Shown: positions 49,558 to 59,570 of the stretch, piece by piece
Layout: the number at the start of each line of letters is the position of its first letter
How positions within the stretch are numbered: the first letter of the stretch is position 1
Source of the DNA: a virus
Direction: 5' to 3' (one strand)
DNA: 64,000 bases
Virus record (IMG/VR): IMGVR_UViG_3300027763_000034
Location: 32,001 to 96,000 of that record
Made by a program: the position numbers and the translations under genes
Notes under the pieces: model-generated
What the model was told of the DNA's origin: nothing
The model's input: the letters and a program-made list of their open reading frames with translations, nothing else
Database searches by the model: none

Positions 49558-49871
49558 TGTTTTTTTGATCCGATCCGACTAATTTAATCATCTTTGTACA
49601 TCTTGTACAGATATTATACTCTGCTTTGGTAAAGGGACAAAGCCCAGCATAAATAGTTTTATGCTTTAAAATAAGACAAAGTATTTTTTTCATAAGTTAA
49701 ATATACTATAACTTAAATTTATTGTCAATAGGCTATGAGCTGTAGTAGTTAACCATATGCTTTTTGCATACTGATATAAAAATTGCACCTAATTGATCCC
49801 AGTAGGCACCATTTTCTTCACAATAATAACATTTATCTTTCTTTTCCATAGTGTCACCTACCTTTATAACA

Positions 49872-50105
49872 TTATACATCATTTTCGCCTTTATTGTATT
49901 TATCTTTAAGTCTAAGCCATCTACCATATTTATTTGGCACCGTTGCACCTATGTACTCTTGACCAGTCTCTAAATCTATTAACAACCATTTTCCAGGAGC
50001 CTTCGTGTGTATCGTCAGGTTAACTGCGCTTGAAAACTCTTCTACTTCTGCACCTTGATATACCCTAGGCAAAAATGTGTAAACATTATTTAAAAGCTTT
50101 CTCAT
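49872..50105 (-). CDS. Hypothetical protein
   Basis: TKAPGKWLLIDLETGQEYIG. Confidence 0.55.
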   Translation of the reverse strand: MRKLLNNVYTFLPRVYQGAEVEEFSSAVNLTIHTKAPGKWLLIDLETGQEYIGATVPNKYGRWLRLKDKYNKGENDV

Positions 50106-50194
50106 TAAATAATACCACTATCTTCAACAGCATCAACAGCATCATCAATAGTTCTTGTATGCTCTGAAGTACAGCTACCACATGACATACACAT

Positions 50195-50593
50195 TTATTT
50201 TACACTATCTATCTTTAAATATTTTGCAGCCATTTTGGCAGACAAATTAAAATCATCATTTTTATTATATACTAAATCTAAAATTGAGGGCATAGTAAAT
50301 TCTGGATCATATTCATGATGGGAGACCTCTTGATCGCCAATCATAATCACTTTATCATAATTACCAAAGTATTTACTAACTGATTCGTTGGGGCTGTACA
50401 GGTCAACTATAATGTGTTTATTATATTTAGACATGTAGGAAACAAGATCTTTTGCTAGCTGGTGTTGCTTTATAGCATCATCTTCACCAAAGATTGACTC
50501 TATTTTTAGATAGATACCATTTACTTCTTTTGCTAAAGCTTTTGCAAACTCGGTTCTTCTTGCCTCTTTAAATCCAATGACTTTGATTATCAT
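50195..50593 (-). CDS. Degenerate P-loop kinase (APS-kinase-like)
   Basis: IIKVIG....RTEFAKALA; Walker A eroded. Confidence 0.35.
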   Translation of the reverse strand: MIIKVIGFKEARRTEFAKALAKEVNGIYLKIESIFGEDDAIKQHQLAKDLVSYMSKYNKHIIVDLYSPNESVSKYFGNYDKVIMIGDQEVSHHEYDPEFTMPSILDLVYNKNDDFNLSAKMAAKYLKIDSVK

Positions 50594-51631
50594 TTAAATC
50601 TAAACCTTTTTTCTGCCACTTTTCTTAGGCTGCCTAGGTATTAGGCTGGTCTCTCTGCGTATCCCATGTTTATTTGTATCAATCTTAACGCCCTGCCTTG
50701 GATATTTTTTTGGAGTCGTCGTGCTTGTAACAGCACCAGCAGGCGCACCAGCGTTAGCTGGTGGCACCGTGCCAGTACCATCTTCTTTTTTAAAATTGCT
50801 CATAATTACATATTTACAATCAAATTGTCTGATTCATCTGCACCAGAAATGGGAAGAGATCCAGAAGATCCTTCTTGGTTTAATCCAGAATTTCCTTGTG
50901 ATGAAAAATCTTTAATGTTAACTGAGGTTGCACCCAGAGTGCTTCCTAGTGTCTCACATCCACATTCATAACACATTAGTTGCAGTTCTCACAATCTTTA
51001 ACTACACAATCAGCATCGCCTCTTGTGTCTCTTGTGCATTCTGCTCCACGATTAACTGGTGCAACAACCGCAACTGGTTTAATTGCTTCTGCTACTGCTG
51101 CTTCAATTGAAGGGGCAGTTATTTCTTCTTTATCAAATAGACCCATTTTTACTTTGGGCCTTGTGCTGATGCTTGGTTAGAAACATCTGAAGCTGGAAAT
51201 GCGGCTGCTGGTGCCTCTGTGTAATTTTCTGTTGCCCATGGTGATGATCCTGCTGGCTTTGTTTCGTTAAATCCTTTTAAATCTTTTCCGTCTGACATGT
51301 TGTACTCCTATAGGTTATTTATTTAAGCGGGACTAGTAATCCGCTCATACCTATATTATAGCATTTAGTTGATTAGGATCTAAAGTTTTGATGCCAGCAC
51401 TCGTCGCAGACCTTTGTGGTTCCGCCTGCTTTAAGGGCTATTCTAGTTGCCTTATTGGGGCAATCTGTTAAATATTCGCATTTATTGGTAGACATTATTT
51501 AATATTTTTTTTAACAATACCTTGCTTGTATGGGCCCAGATCGGCTTTAATCGACCCATCTTTTCTTAATCTAACAATTCTTCCATCTTTAATTTGAGTG
51601 TCATTAAATGCTGTTGATTTTCTTTTTGCCA

Positions 51632-51850
51632 TTACTTAATCTTACCGCCAAACTTTGACCACGCTCTTTCATGTAAGAAATACCCAAGCATTTCGCATGC
51701 GCTGTAAATAATTGCAAAAGTACCAGCATACTCCCAATGAGCTTCGCCAGTAATAGCCTTTTCAAAAAAATAGACTAATGTACCAACAAAACAAATGTGA
51801 ACAACTGGCCAAGTAATTGACTTGTATAAACTTCTTTTATTGGACTCCAT
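51632..51850 (-). CDS. DUF2061 membrane protein
   Basis: RSLYKSITW...YFLHERAW. Confidence 0.7.
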   Translation of the reverse strand: MESNKRSLYKSITWPVVHICFVGTLVYFFEKAITGEAHWEYAGTFAIIYSACEMLGYFLHERAWSKFGGKIK

Positions 51851-52625
51851 TTTGTTCCTCCATCATTTCTCTAATTGTATCATGGATACGATTTATGTTG
51901 TTATCCATAGGGTGCCCATGAATTAAAATATCTGTAACTCCTATGCCTTCTAAATACCTAATCTTTGACTTAAAATTTTCTTTTGTACCATATATATATT
52001 TAGATATTTCATGTATATTAAGGTTATTAGTATGAAATTCTTCAGCCTCCTCCTCGGTATTTGTTATTATGGCTCCAAGACAAACCATCTGCTTACCATC
52101 AGTATACTCTCTAGCAGCTAGGTACTTGTCTACCATTGCCAATGGGGTTGCTTGATATTTATTTGCAAGATCTATTGTTTTTTTTGAATGACCGCCCATT
52201 ACAATATCAACTGCTGGATTCATTTTAACAAATTTTGACATCCATCTATCTGTATATTCAATTCTTTTATCGTTAGAATCTACTAAATCAGATATGTCTA
52301 CAAGATCTTCTATGCTAGTCTCTTCTGGATGAACGTCGCCAGAAACGATATTCAGCATTATTTTGTTTGGCATCATGGTATTTATAGTTTTGCATATCAT
52401 AGACAAATACTCTGGGCTTATAGAGTATGTTCTAAATGCAAGCATATACTTAATCTTTTGTTTTTTGGACATAACACGAACTGCTTTTGTTAAAAAGTCT
52501 TCTTCTTTTGAATGGTATACAAACAAAACTGAATCGTATTGGCACTCTTCTAGTTTTTCTGACAATCTGAACAGGTAGTCCACAGAGTTATTGTCATTTC
52601 TATGCATCCAATGGAATTTCATCAA
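51837..52625 (-). CDS. Luciferase-like (LLM) flavin-dependent monooxygenase
   Basis: KYMLAFRTYSISPEY...LNIVSG...IYGT. Confidence 0.7.
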   Translation of the reverse strand: MMKFHWMHRNDNNSVDYLFRLSEKLEECQYDSVLFVYHSKEEDFLTKAVRVMSKKQKIKYMLAFRTYSISPEYLSMICKTINTMMPNKIMLNIVSGDVHPEETSIEDLVDISDLVDSNDKRIEYTDRWMSKFVKMNPAVDIVMGGHSKKTIDLANKYQATPLAMVDKYLAAREYTDGKQMVCLGAIITNTEEEAEEFHTNNLNIHEISKYIYGTKENFKSKIRYLEGIGVTDILIHGHPMDNNINRIHDTIREMMEEQNGVQ

Positions 52626-52663
52626 TATCCTTTATTTAAAAACAATTCTATCATTTATATGGT

Positions 52664-52693
52664 AAAGGGGCAAGACCTGAGTCTTGCCCCTTT
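52664..52693. terminator. Bidirectional terminator hairpin
   Basis: AAAGGGGCAAGAC-ctga-GTCTTGCCCCTTT. Confidence 0.7.
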
Positions 52694-52703
52694 AATAGAA
52701 GAT

Positions 52704-53720
52704 TTACTTCTTTAGTGCAACCTTAGCCTTTGGATTCTTTGCGTTCCACTTCTTAGCAAGAGCATTATACTCTGCAATATAAGTGGCCTTAGCAAGATCT
52801 GCTGCTGCCTTATCTGTAGCAAGCTTTGTTGCTGCATCGGCAAGTGCCTTATCTGCTGCAACCTTGTCTGCTGCACGTCCAGCTTTTTCTGCTGCAAGTG
52901 CTGCATTAGCAACTGCTAGTTCTGAGTTCTTTGCTGCAAGTTCCCCTGCAAGATCACGAACTGCTACTGTTGCAACTACAGAACCTACTGGTGCTGCAAG
53001 GCCTGTTACGGCTGTTGCTACTGTTGCGTATGCTGTAACTACAACTGAACCTGAAGCAGGAAGTGTAACTGTCTGCTCCTTAGTTCCAAGTGTTGCTACT
53101 GCTGTATCTGTTGTAAGCGCTGTTGCAGTTGCTGCACCATTTGAGCTTACTAAAGTATTAATTGTTGCTCCACCCTTTAAGTTTCCAAATACATCGTATC
53201 CTGATACCTTAAGTGTTGCAATTGTTCCTGCTGCTCCAGATGCTGGTGCGGTTAGGGTAATTGAGTTCAAAGCACCTGCGGTACCTTGTACGTAGTATGT
53301 AGTTGTGTTTCCACCAACAGTAACTAATACTGTTCCTACTGTAGTAGTTTTAGTATATACATAAAACTCTGCTGTTGTTCCTGTTCCAACATTAATTGTT
53401 AGAGCAGATGATCCGCTTGATGCGGTTACTGGTGCACTTGCTGTTGCTAGTGCTGGAACAATAGTTGCATTTGTTGCAACTGCTGATACTGCTGTTCCTG
53501 TATCTACAGAAGTAATAGCAATCTTTAATGCATCTGCTGCATCTACGCTATTGTCTGCTGGTACTGGAAGTGCTACAGGAGCTGTTGCTACTGTGCCACC
53601 CGTTGCTGCAGAACCCGCAACTGTTAGAGTTGTGGTTGCCGCATTTGCTGCTGGCGATACTAGCATTGTGCTAGTCAGGGCTGCAGCGATGATTAGCGAT
53701 ACTTTCTTAAATGAGTTCAT
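52704..53720 (-). CDS. Secreted Ig-like/surface protein
   Basis: Signal peptide (KKVSLIIAAAL...PAANA), DVFGN Ig motif, C-terminal coiled coil. Confidence 0.6.
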   Translation of the reverse strand: MNSFKKVSLIIAAALTSTMLVSPAANAATTTLTVAGSAATGGTVATAPVALPVPADNSVDAADALKIAITSVDTGTAVSAVATNATIVPALATASAPVTASSGSSALTINVGTGTTAEFYVYTKTTTVGTVLVTVGGNTTTYYVQGTAGALNSITLTAPASGAAGTIATLKVSGYDVFGNLKGGATINTLVSSNGAATATALTTDTAVATLGTKEQTVTLPASGSVVVTAYATVATAVTGLAAPVGSVVATVAVRDLAGELAAKNSELAVANAALAAEKAGRAADKVAADKALADAATKLATDKAAADLAKATYIAEYNALAKKWNAKNPKAKVALKK

Positions 53721-53958
53721 TTAATTTATTCTCCTTATTTCTTCTATTTCTTATATGAAACAGAAAGTTAGTGTAATTCATGTATCTTTACATGAAACGA
53801 ACAGGGATCTCCGCCCTCTTCCCATTCTTGCATTTCTTCATCTGACATTGGTGGACCATCATGTGTATCACAAAATACATCTGATACCCACCCACGATCA
53901 TAACCATTCTTAAGCCATATTTCAAACTCTAAATGATTATTATCTTTTGAATCAAATT

Positions 53959-54261
53959 CTATATCCATTCGGAAATCTCTTCTAGAATTAAGTGCTTAGG
54001 CTTTGCCCCAATAATAGTTTTAACTGGTCTGCCTGACTTAAATAGTACCATATAAGGTATAGAGGTTACAGAGTATTCTACTGGTTTAATGGGATTTTCA
54101 TCAATATTAATTTTACCAACCCACAGCCCACGTTCATTTGATATCTCATCTAATATTGGAGATACCTTTTTGCATGGTCCGCACCAAGGTGCCCAAAAGT
54201 CGATAAGAACTAAATCATGAGAATCTAGGACTCTATCAAAACTTTCATCTGTAACTATCAA
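53959..54261 (-). CDS. trxA: Thioredoxin
   Basis: DFWAPWCGPC, SIP. Confidence 0.92.
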   Translation of the reverse strand: MIVTDESFDRVLDSHDLVLIDFWAPWCGPCKKVSPILDEISNERGLWVGKINIDENPIKPVEYSVTSIPYMVLFKSGRPVKTIIGAKPKHLILEEISEWI

Positions 54262-54464
54262 CTTACTCTCCTTTTAATTCATCCGCCGCTTTATTAAATT
54301 TATTCATAAATGTTTGGATCACCCAAACTGCGGTTTCCCCTGCATTGACAGACATTGCTTTTGAAGCTTCTTCAGTTCTGTCCTCGATAGCAAGGGCGTT
54401 GTACCATTTCTGGTACAACTCCTCACCAATCTCTTTAATAATTTCTTCAAGTACAGTTAACTTG

Positions 54465-55604
54465 TTATCCATTAAGTCTTGCTAACTGTGTTGCTTTTAA
54501 TGCTGCAAGCTTATCCGCTGCTGCCTTTATGGCAAGATCGTAATCTGCTTGTGCCTTTGCAATTTGTGCATTAACATCTGCCTGCAATGCTAATTTTGCT
54601 GCTGCTTTATCTGCAGCAATTTGCTCAGGTGTTGGGCCTGTTGGTGCTGTTGTAGCAACAGGAACCATATTATATGCAATTGCTGCATCAATATTAATTA
54701 ATTTTTTGAATGTTCCTTGTCTTCCAATTGTAGAAGATGTTGTCGAACGCAAAGCCATAAGCAATTGATTGTATGTATAAGAAGGCTTTGCTGCCTTTAG
54801 CTTAATCCATTGTGCTCCTGCAACTTGAATTGCAGCAGATGATCCCGAAATATTTTTTGAAACATTTCCTGGACCAGCAATTGTAAAGAATCCTGGCGCA
54901 AAGAAATCAAGTTTTTGGGTATCGTTATTGCTTGATGTTGAAATTTCGTTCTGTTGGTCAACATAACCAACTGAAATTGACTCATCTAAACATGCTGGCC
55001 AGTCAATTCTTAGGTAGTCACGGCCATTTCCTGAAGGAAAGAATGTCGGAATACCAATATCAATAAGGTCTTTAATAGACTGCTGCGTTGTTGGTGTCTT
55101 TGGACAATAATCTGTTCCCGCTGCTCCTAAATTATGCATGCCTTGCGACATAGTTACTGCTTGAATATTATATTTTGATGCATTATTTTTTACCCAATTA
55201 AGTGCATTATAAACAGACCCTTCACCAGCATTTTGACGTAAGCCAGTTGATGTATTTCCAATAATTTTAATAAATACAATATTTACATTTGGGTTAGTTG
55301 CTAAAAATACGGAAGTCATGAATGTGCCATGATCAAAACCACTTTGCGTAATAAGGTTTGCTGGCATTGATGCTGCACCCTTGCCCTCCATAAATGACTG
55401 ACCATTAGGGCATGTTGTCCATTCTAGAATACAAACTTCTTGAACAATTTTACCTTGAAAGGCTGGAAGAGAAGTGTCAATTGCTGTATCTAAAATAGCA
55501 ATTGCTGGTGTTGAATCAATACGATTCTGTAGTCCCGCTGCATGAGCGGTTGTAGGTACTGCTAGTGTGATTGCGATTAACGCAGCTATTAGTTTTTTAT
55601 TCAT
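54465..55604 (-). CDS. Secreted subtilisin-like (S8) serine protease
   Basis: Signal peptide; AILDT, HGT, SGN, SGSSAA catalytic motifs. Confidence 0.8.
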   Translation of the reverse strand: MNKKLIAALIAITLAVPTTAHAAGLQNRIDSTPAIAILDTAIDTSLPAFQGKIVQEVCILEWTTCPNGQSFMEGKGAASMPANLITQSGFDHGTFMTSVFLATNPNVNIVFIKIIGNTSTGLRQNAGEGSVYNALNWVKNNASKYNIQAVTMSQGMHNLGAAGTDYCPKTPTTQQSIKDLIDIGIPTFFPSGNGRDYLRIDWPACLDESISVGYVDQQNEISTSSNNDTQKLDFFAPGFFTIAGPGNVSKNISGSSAAIQVAGAQWIKLKAAKPSYTYNQLLMALRSTTSSTIGRQGTFKKLINIDAAIAYNMVPVATTAPTGPTPEQIAADKAAAKLALQADVNAQIAKAQADYDLAIKAAADKLAALKATQLARLNG

Positions 55605-55828
55605 AGCTTAATTCTACTAAATAATAGCAGGATGTCAAGGGGTATCTTTAAGGTTTGGGTACCATTTCCCAGCGTCTAGGCTGGATTGAAGAAAATCTAC
55701 CGCTACTGGTTCTTCTATAACCATCTTTTGCGATTCCATTAGGTCATTTACATAACCTATAAGTAGTTCAAGGGTCATTTCCATTTGAGTTACTTTAAGA
55801 TCAAGATCTTTAAGCTTTTTGTTTCTAA

Positions 55829-56185
55829 TCATTCCATTGTCTCTCTATCCAGTAGGGTTGGTGCTGTTGCCATACTTCCGCAGTTGGCACATTCCATATC
55901 AAGAAAATATGTTGCTATTTCAAATTGATCGAAGATAACTTTTACGTTCCAGATGTTGCATCCACAAGGACATAAGTGTGTCGGAGTTCCTCTTAAGTCT
56001 ATTGCATGATCATAATTTTCTGGTCTTAGATCATCTATGCTTAAAGGGTATTGTCTTTTTTGTGATTGTTCTTCAAGTTCTTCTAACTTGTTTATGTAGT
56101 AAATTCCAAGACTATACCTAGACCTAAACCATTTCACGAAAGAAATAATGGAAAAAGCTATAAGGATAGATACAATAGTCTTCAT
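55829..56185 (-). CDS. Membrane-anchored Zn-binding hypothetical protein
   Basis: PTHLCPCG...C..CG. Confidence 0.5.
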   Translation of the reverse strand: MKTIVSILIAFSIISFVKWFRSRYSLGIYYINKLEELEEQSQKRQYPLSIDDLRPENYDHAIDLRGTPTHLCPCGCNIWNVKVIFDQFEIATYFLDMECANCGSMATAPTLLDRETME

Positions 56186-56199
56186 GTATCAATTATACA

Positions 56200-56757
56200 C
56201 TAAACTTGGATGTATGTATAGGGTGCCGCTACGCTCATATTAAACTCTGTTGCGGCTTCTAAAGCTGCTTTTAAACGTACTTTAGGGTTTTGCTGCTTCT
56301 TTGTTGCATGTAAGGCTCCTAGGGCTATCATTCCACCACTGCCCTCCGCCATATAGTTAACTATGTTTTCACCAACGTGAAAGTCTTCATCTACCGTAAA
56401 GAGTCTACCGCAAATTCCAACTATAAAAATTCCACCTGTATCTTCTTCTGAAGCAGATCCAACACTTCCATATCCATGATCTTTGAATGCTTGTTTAACA
56501 GAATCAATAAACTTAGTTCTCATGAACTTGTCTAAGCCTGAGTTAGTTTTAGTTGGAGTGTATTTTGGAGGAGTCCACATGTATTGAAGGATCTGCCCCA
56601 TGCGAAATGAGTCTGTAAATGCAATTCCGTATTGACCATTTTTAAAAACTTTTGGTTCTTTTCTAGACAGTATCCAGCCCGTTTTATCATCTGAAGCGGC
56701 ATGGTCCGATCCCATATATACGATACCATTTTGGGCGATTGCTACTATACAAGTCAT
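56200..56757 (-). CDS. Proteasome beta-subunit/HslV-like Ntn hydrolase
   Basis: N-terminal M-TCIVA, D, K-VF, GSG...ALGAL. Confidence 0.75.
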   Translation of the reverse strand: MTCIVAIAQNGIVYMGSDHAASDDKTGWILSRKEPKVFKNGQYGIAFTDSFRMGQILQYMWTPPKYTPTKTNSGLDKFMRTKFIDSVKQAFKDHGYGSVGSASEEDTGGIFIVGICGRLFTVDEDFHVGENIVNYMAEGSGGMIALGALHATKKQQNPKVRLKAALEAATEFNMSVAAPYTYIQV

Positions 56758-56789
56758 ATTATTAGTATACTATTTTTATTTTTGTAGGG

Positions 56790-58184
56790 CTAGTCCTCAT
56801 CGGAATGAATTTCTATATGAGTTAATTTAAGCAAAGTTCCCTCTAATTCAGCCTTGACCCGAATCAATTCCTGAAGGGCTTCATAGTACTTATCTTTCCA
56901 TTCATTTAAATCTTTTTCTAATTGGTACAATTTAATCTGAAGGTCCTTGATTTCTAATAAAAGCTTATCGTGGGCTTTTTCTGCCAGACGCTCTATTTTT
57001 TCCTTTTTAGATCTTCTGGCGCTAAATTGCGCTGTAAGCAGACCGCTGATAGCTGCTGCAAAGAGAGTTATTATTATCTCAGTTAGGGGAATATTCATTA
57101 TATGAATATTATACCGTAATATCTATATTAAATTAATAATTCAGAAGCCGTTATGTCTGGACCAGCGTATTTCTTTTTAGAAATAAACTCTTTTACATGA
57201 TCTGATCCGTATTGTCTTCCTGCCAATATTACAGTCCATCTTGGCTCAAATTTATTGTCTGAGCATGTCTTGCATAGCAACAAATTAATTGGAAGTATTA
57301 CTGATTTCTTTAATGATAATTCATTTTTGCTCTTATTACAAGAATAACATAGCACTTTATCCATTATTCCACCGCCTTTGTCATTGAAGATTTGCAGTTA
57401 GCAAAAAATCTTTCTGGGTCAAACCTGTAGCTGTCATGAGAGAAAAGTAGTGCGAATTGTCTTACCAGCTCATTATAAACTTCTTCTGTCATTCCTTCTT
57501 TTGCCTCAGACAAAATTCTTGCTGCAATATAGTACTGATGTCTCTCAAATACACACTCTCCAGCCATTGGTGCATGAAGCACTTTTTCTTCAATATCTCC
57601 ATTGGTCATGTACAAAGTAACTGTTAAAAACTTTTTTGCAAATCCCCAGTCTTGATATTCATTATATGCATTTACTGCATCTATTGGACTTGAGAACCTG
57701 TATAAAGATCTGTGCGGAGTCTCTCCATCTCTTGATATGCCAACCATGAATGTATTGTTTTTTGTTTTATCATATCTGTTTGCATGCCATTTTTCTAAAT
57801 TATCTACTATGTTTTGATTTACTGGAGCAATCCTATGAACTCTTGGTTGCTCCTTTGGCTGATCGTAGTTCATCTTCTTCCTCCTGGCTTTCCTTCAAGC
57901 TCTACTCTTACTCCGTATGATTCCAAAATATTTTTTACCATTTCTATATATTCTATTACTCTAACTCTCATTGAGCCATCGTATTGTGAAAAATTATCTT
58001 CATATAGCCTAATTGCTAAAAATTCTGGATACTTTACTATATCCATTTCAAGTGTTGGTGTTGGTTTTTTTATCTCTCTTATTTTAAGAGCCATTTCTTT
58101 GTTGTAGAATGTTGGTTTGTTTGGCTCACCAGTCCATTCATTGATTCCATACTTAAAGTGATCTTTATTCTTATCAATAAACAT
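56790..58184 (-). CDS. Four hypothetical ORFs (56790, 57128, 57364, 57870)
   Basis: ORF track; coupled starts and stops. Confidence 0.55.
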
Positions 58185-58485
58185 GCTTTTCCTTTATACG
58201 TCTCCAGACATCTTTTGTCTTATGGGCATTTCTTAGTTTATCATGGGAGCCAGAGTTTAAATAAACCCCTCCCCAGACACCATAATCACTATTGGCAACC
58301 CCATTATCATAGCATAGCTTTATGACTGGGCATGACAGGCATGCCTCATCAATACTTTTTGCTATGTTAACATCAGCCTCATATTTATCAAAAAACAGAT
58401 TAGTATCCATTCCAAGGCACAACGCAAGCTTATACCAATCTACATTATCTTCATCTACGTTTAAACTATTTAAAATATTTGACAT
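58174..58485 (-). CDS. whiB: WhiB family Fe-S transcription factor
   Basis: W..LALC...FF...C..CPV...C...GVWGG; probable start MSNILNS. Confidence 0.85.
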   Translation of the reverse strand: MSNILNSLNVDEDNVDWYKLALCLGMDTNLFFDKYEADVNIAKSIDEACLSCPVIKLCYDNGVANSDYGVWGGVYLNSGSHDKLRNAHKTKDVWRRIKEKHVY

Positions 58486-58699
58486 ATCGTTTTGGCAGTT
58501 TCCAGATTCCTTCACGGCTGACAGAAATCTTTTCTGCCTTACCCCAAGCATCTTTTCTATACATTCCCTTTAAGTCAGTATAGCCGCCACTATCTTTTTT
58601 CCAAATTACAAGATCATAGTTGTTCCAAAATGATTCTTGTATCTTTGTGCGAGATCTTTTAATAAAAATCTCAACACCTTTCTCCGTTAGATGCAACAA
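58466..58699 (-). CDS. Hypothetical protein
   Basis: FWNNYDLVIW...G.Y...WG. Confidence 0.55.
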   Translation of the reverse strand: MLHLTEKGVEIFIKRSRTKIQESFWNNYDLVIWKKDSGGYTDLKGMYRKDAWGKAEKISVSREGIWKLPKRYVKYFK

Positions 58700-58718
58700 A
58701 TTACTTTACCTTTTCTAG

Positions 58719-58800
58719 TACCCGAAGTCGGACTTGAACCGACATGCAATGAAGCAACAAATTTTAAGTCTGTCGTGTATACCGATTCCACCATTCGGGC
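58719..58800 (-). tRNA. tRNA-Leu (TAA)
   Basis: GCCCGAATGGTGGAATCGGTATACAC, CT-TAA-AA loop, long variable arm. Confidence 0.9.
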
Positions 58801-58805
58801 ATACG

Positions 58806-58878
58806 CTGGTCCACCAGGGCTCGATCCTGGGACATCCAAATTAACAGTTTGGCGCTCTACCAACTGAGCTATGGACCA
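58806..58878 (-). tRNA. tRNA-Asn (GTT)
   Basis: TGGTCCA/TGGACCA acceptor, CCAAA-CTGTTAA-TTTGG. Confidence 0.88.
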
Positions 58879-59097
58879 ATATGCACAAAACCACTGTACT
58901 ATGTAATTATACACGGAAAACAGTGGCGTTGTCAACGACTATTTAGTTGTTATTTTAACGATATTAACTTTTTTAATTTCGTCATCTATATTAAAAATAT
59001 CGTGAATATATTCACTGGCATCTTCTGGATTAAAGGCTTCTACTTCAACCTCTACATCTAATTTAATGCGATATTTATTCATAACACAATTATAGCA

Positions 59098-59570
59098 TTA
59101 TTTAGGTGCTTTTTTATCTACTGCTGTAAATGCTGCATTAATTTCTGATACGGTTAATTTACCATCATCTAAAAATCCACGAGCAAGTTTTTCAATTACT
59201 GTAGCAACTCCTAGGGTTCCAGCCAATATAACTGCTTTATAGGTTTCAATTCCTACAATTGCTCCCGCTCCAATTACAGATAATCCAGAGGCTGCAAATA
59301 CAGCAATAATTCTAGCTAGAATATTATTGATGTTTGCAATTGCTCCTGATCCTACTTGTGCTGGCTCTTCAATATATGCTTTTGCCATTAGTCATCCTCT
59401 CTGTTTCTAATCGGATATGTTATAGCCCATGCAATTAAAGTACATATAATTGCATATCCAACAATTGTTTTTGCTGACCCATCTAGGACAACCCAAGCAA
59501 TAAACATGCCTAGTAGAGTCCATAATTGATCAATCATATCTTGCATTACTTTCTTTATCATTGTTATCAT
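59098..59570 (-). CDS. Two small membrane proteins (59098-59388, 59388-59570)
   Basis: Hydrophobic helices; DDGKLTVSE; coupled to the large upstream gene. Confidence 0.6.

Noticed and set aside
58687-58935. 82-aa ORF (and 37253-37441)
   Set aside because: Translations of tRNA genes.
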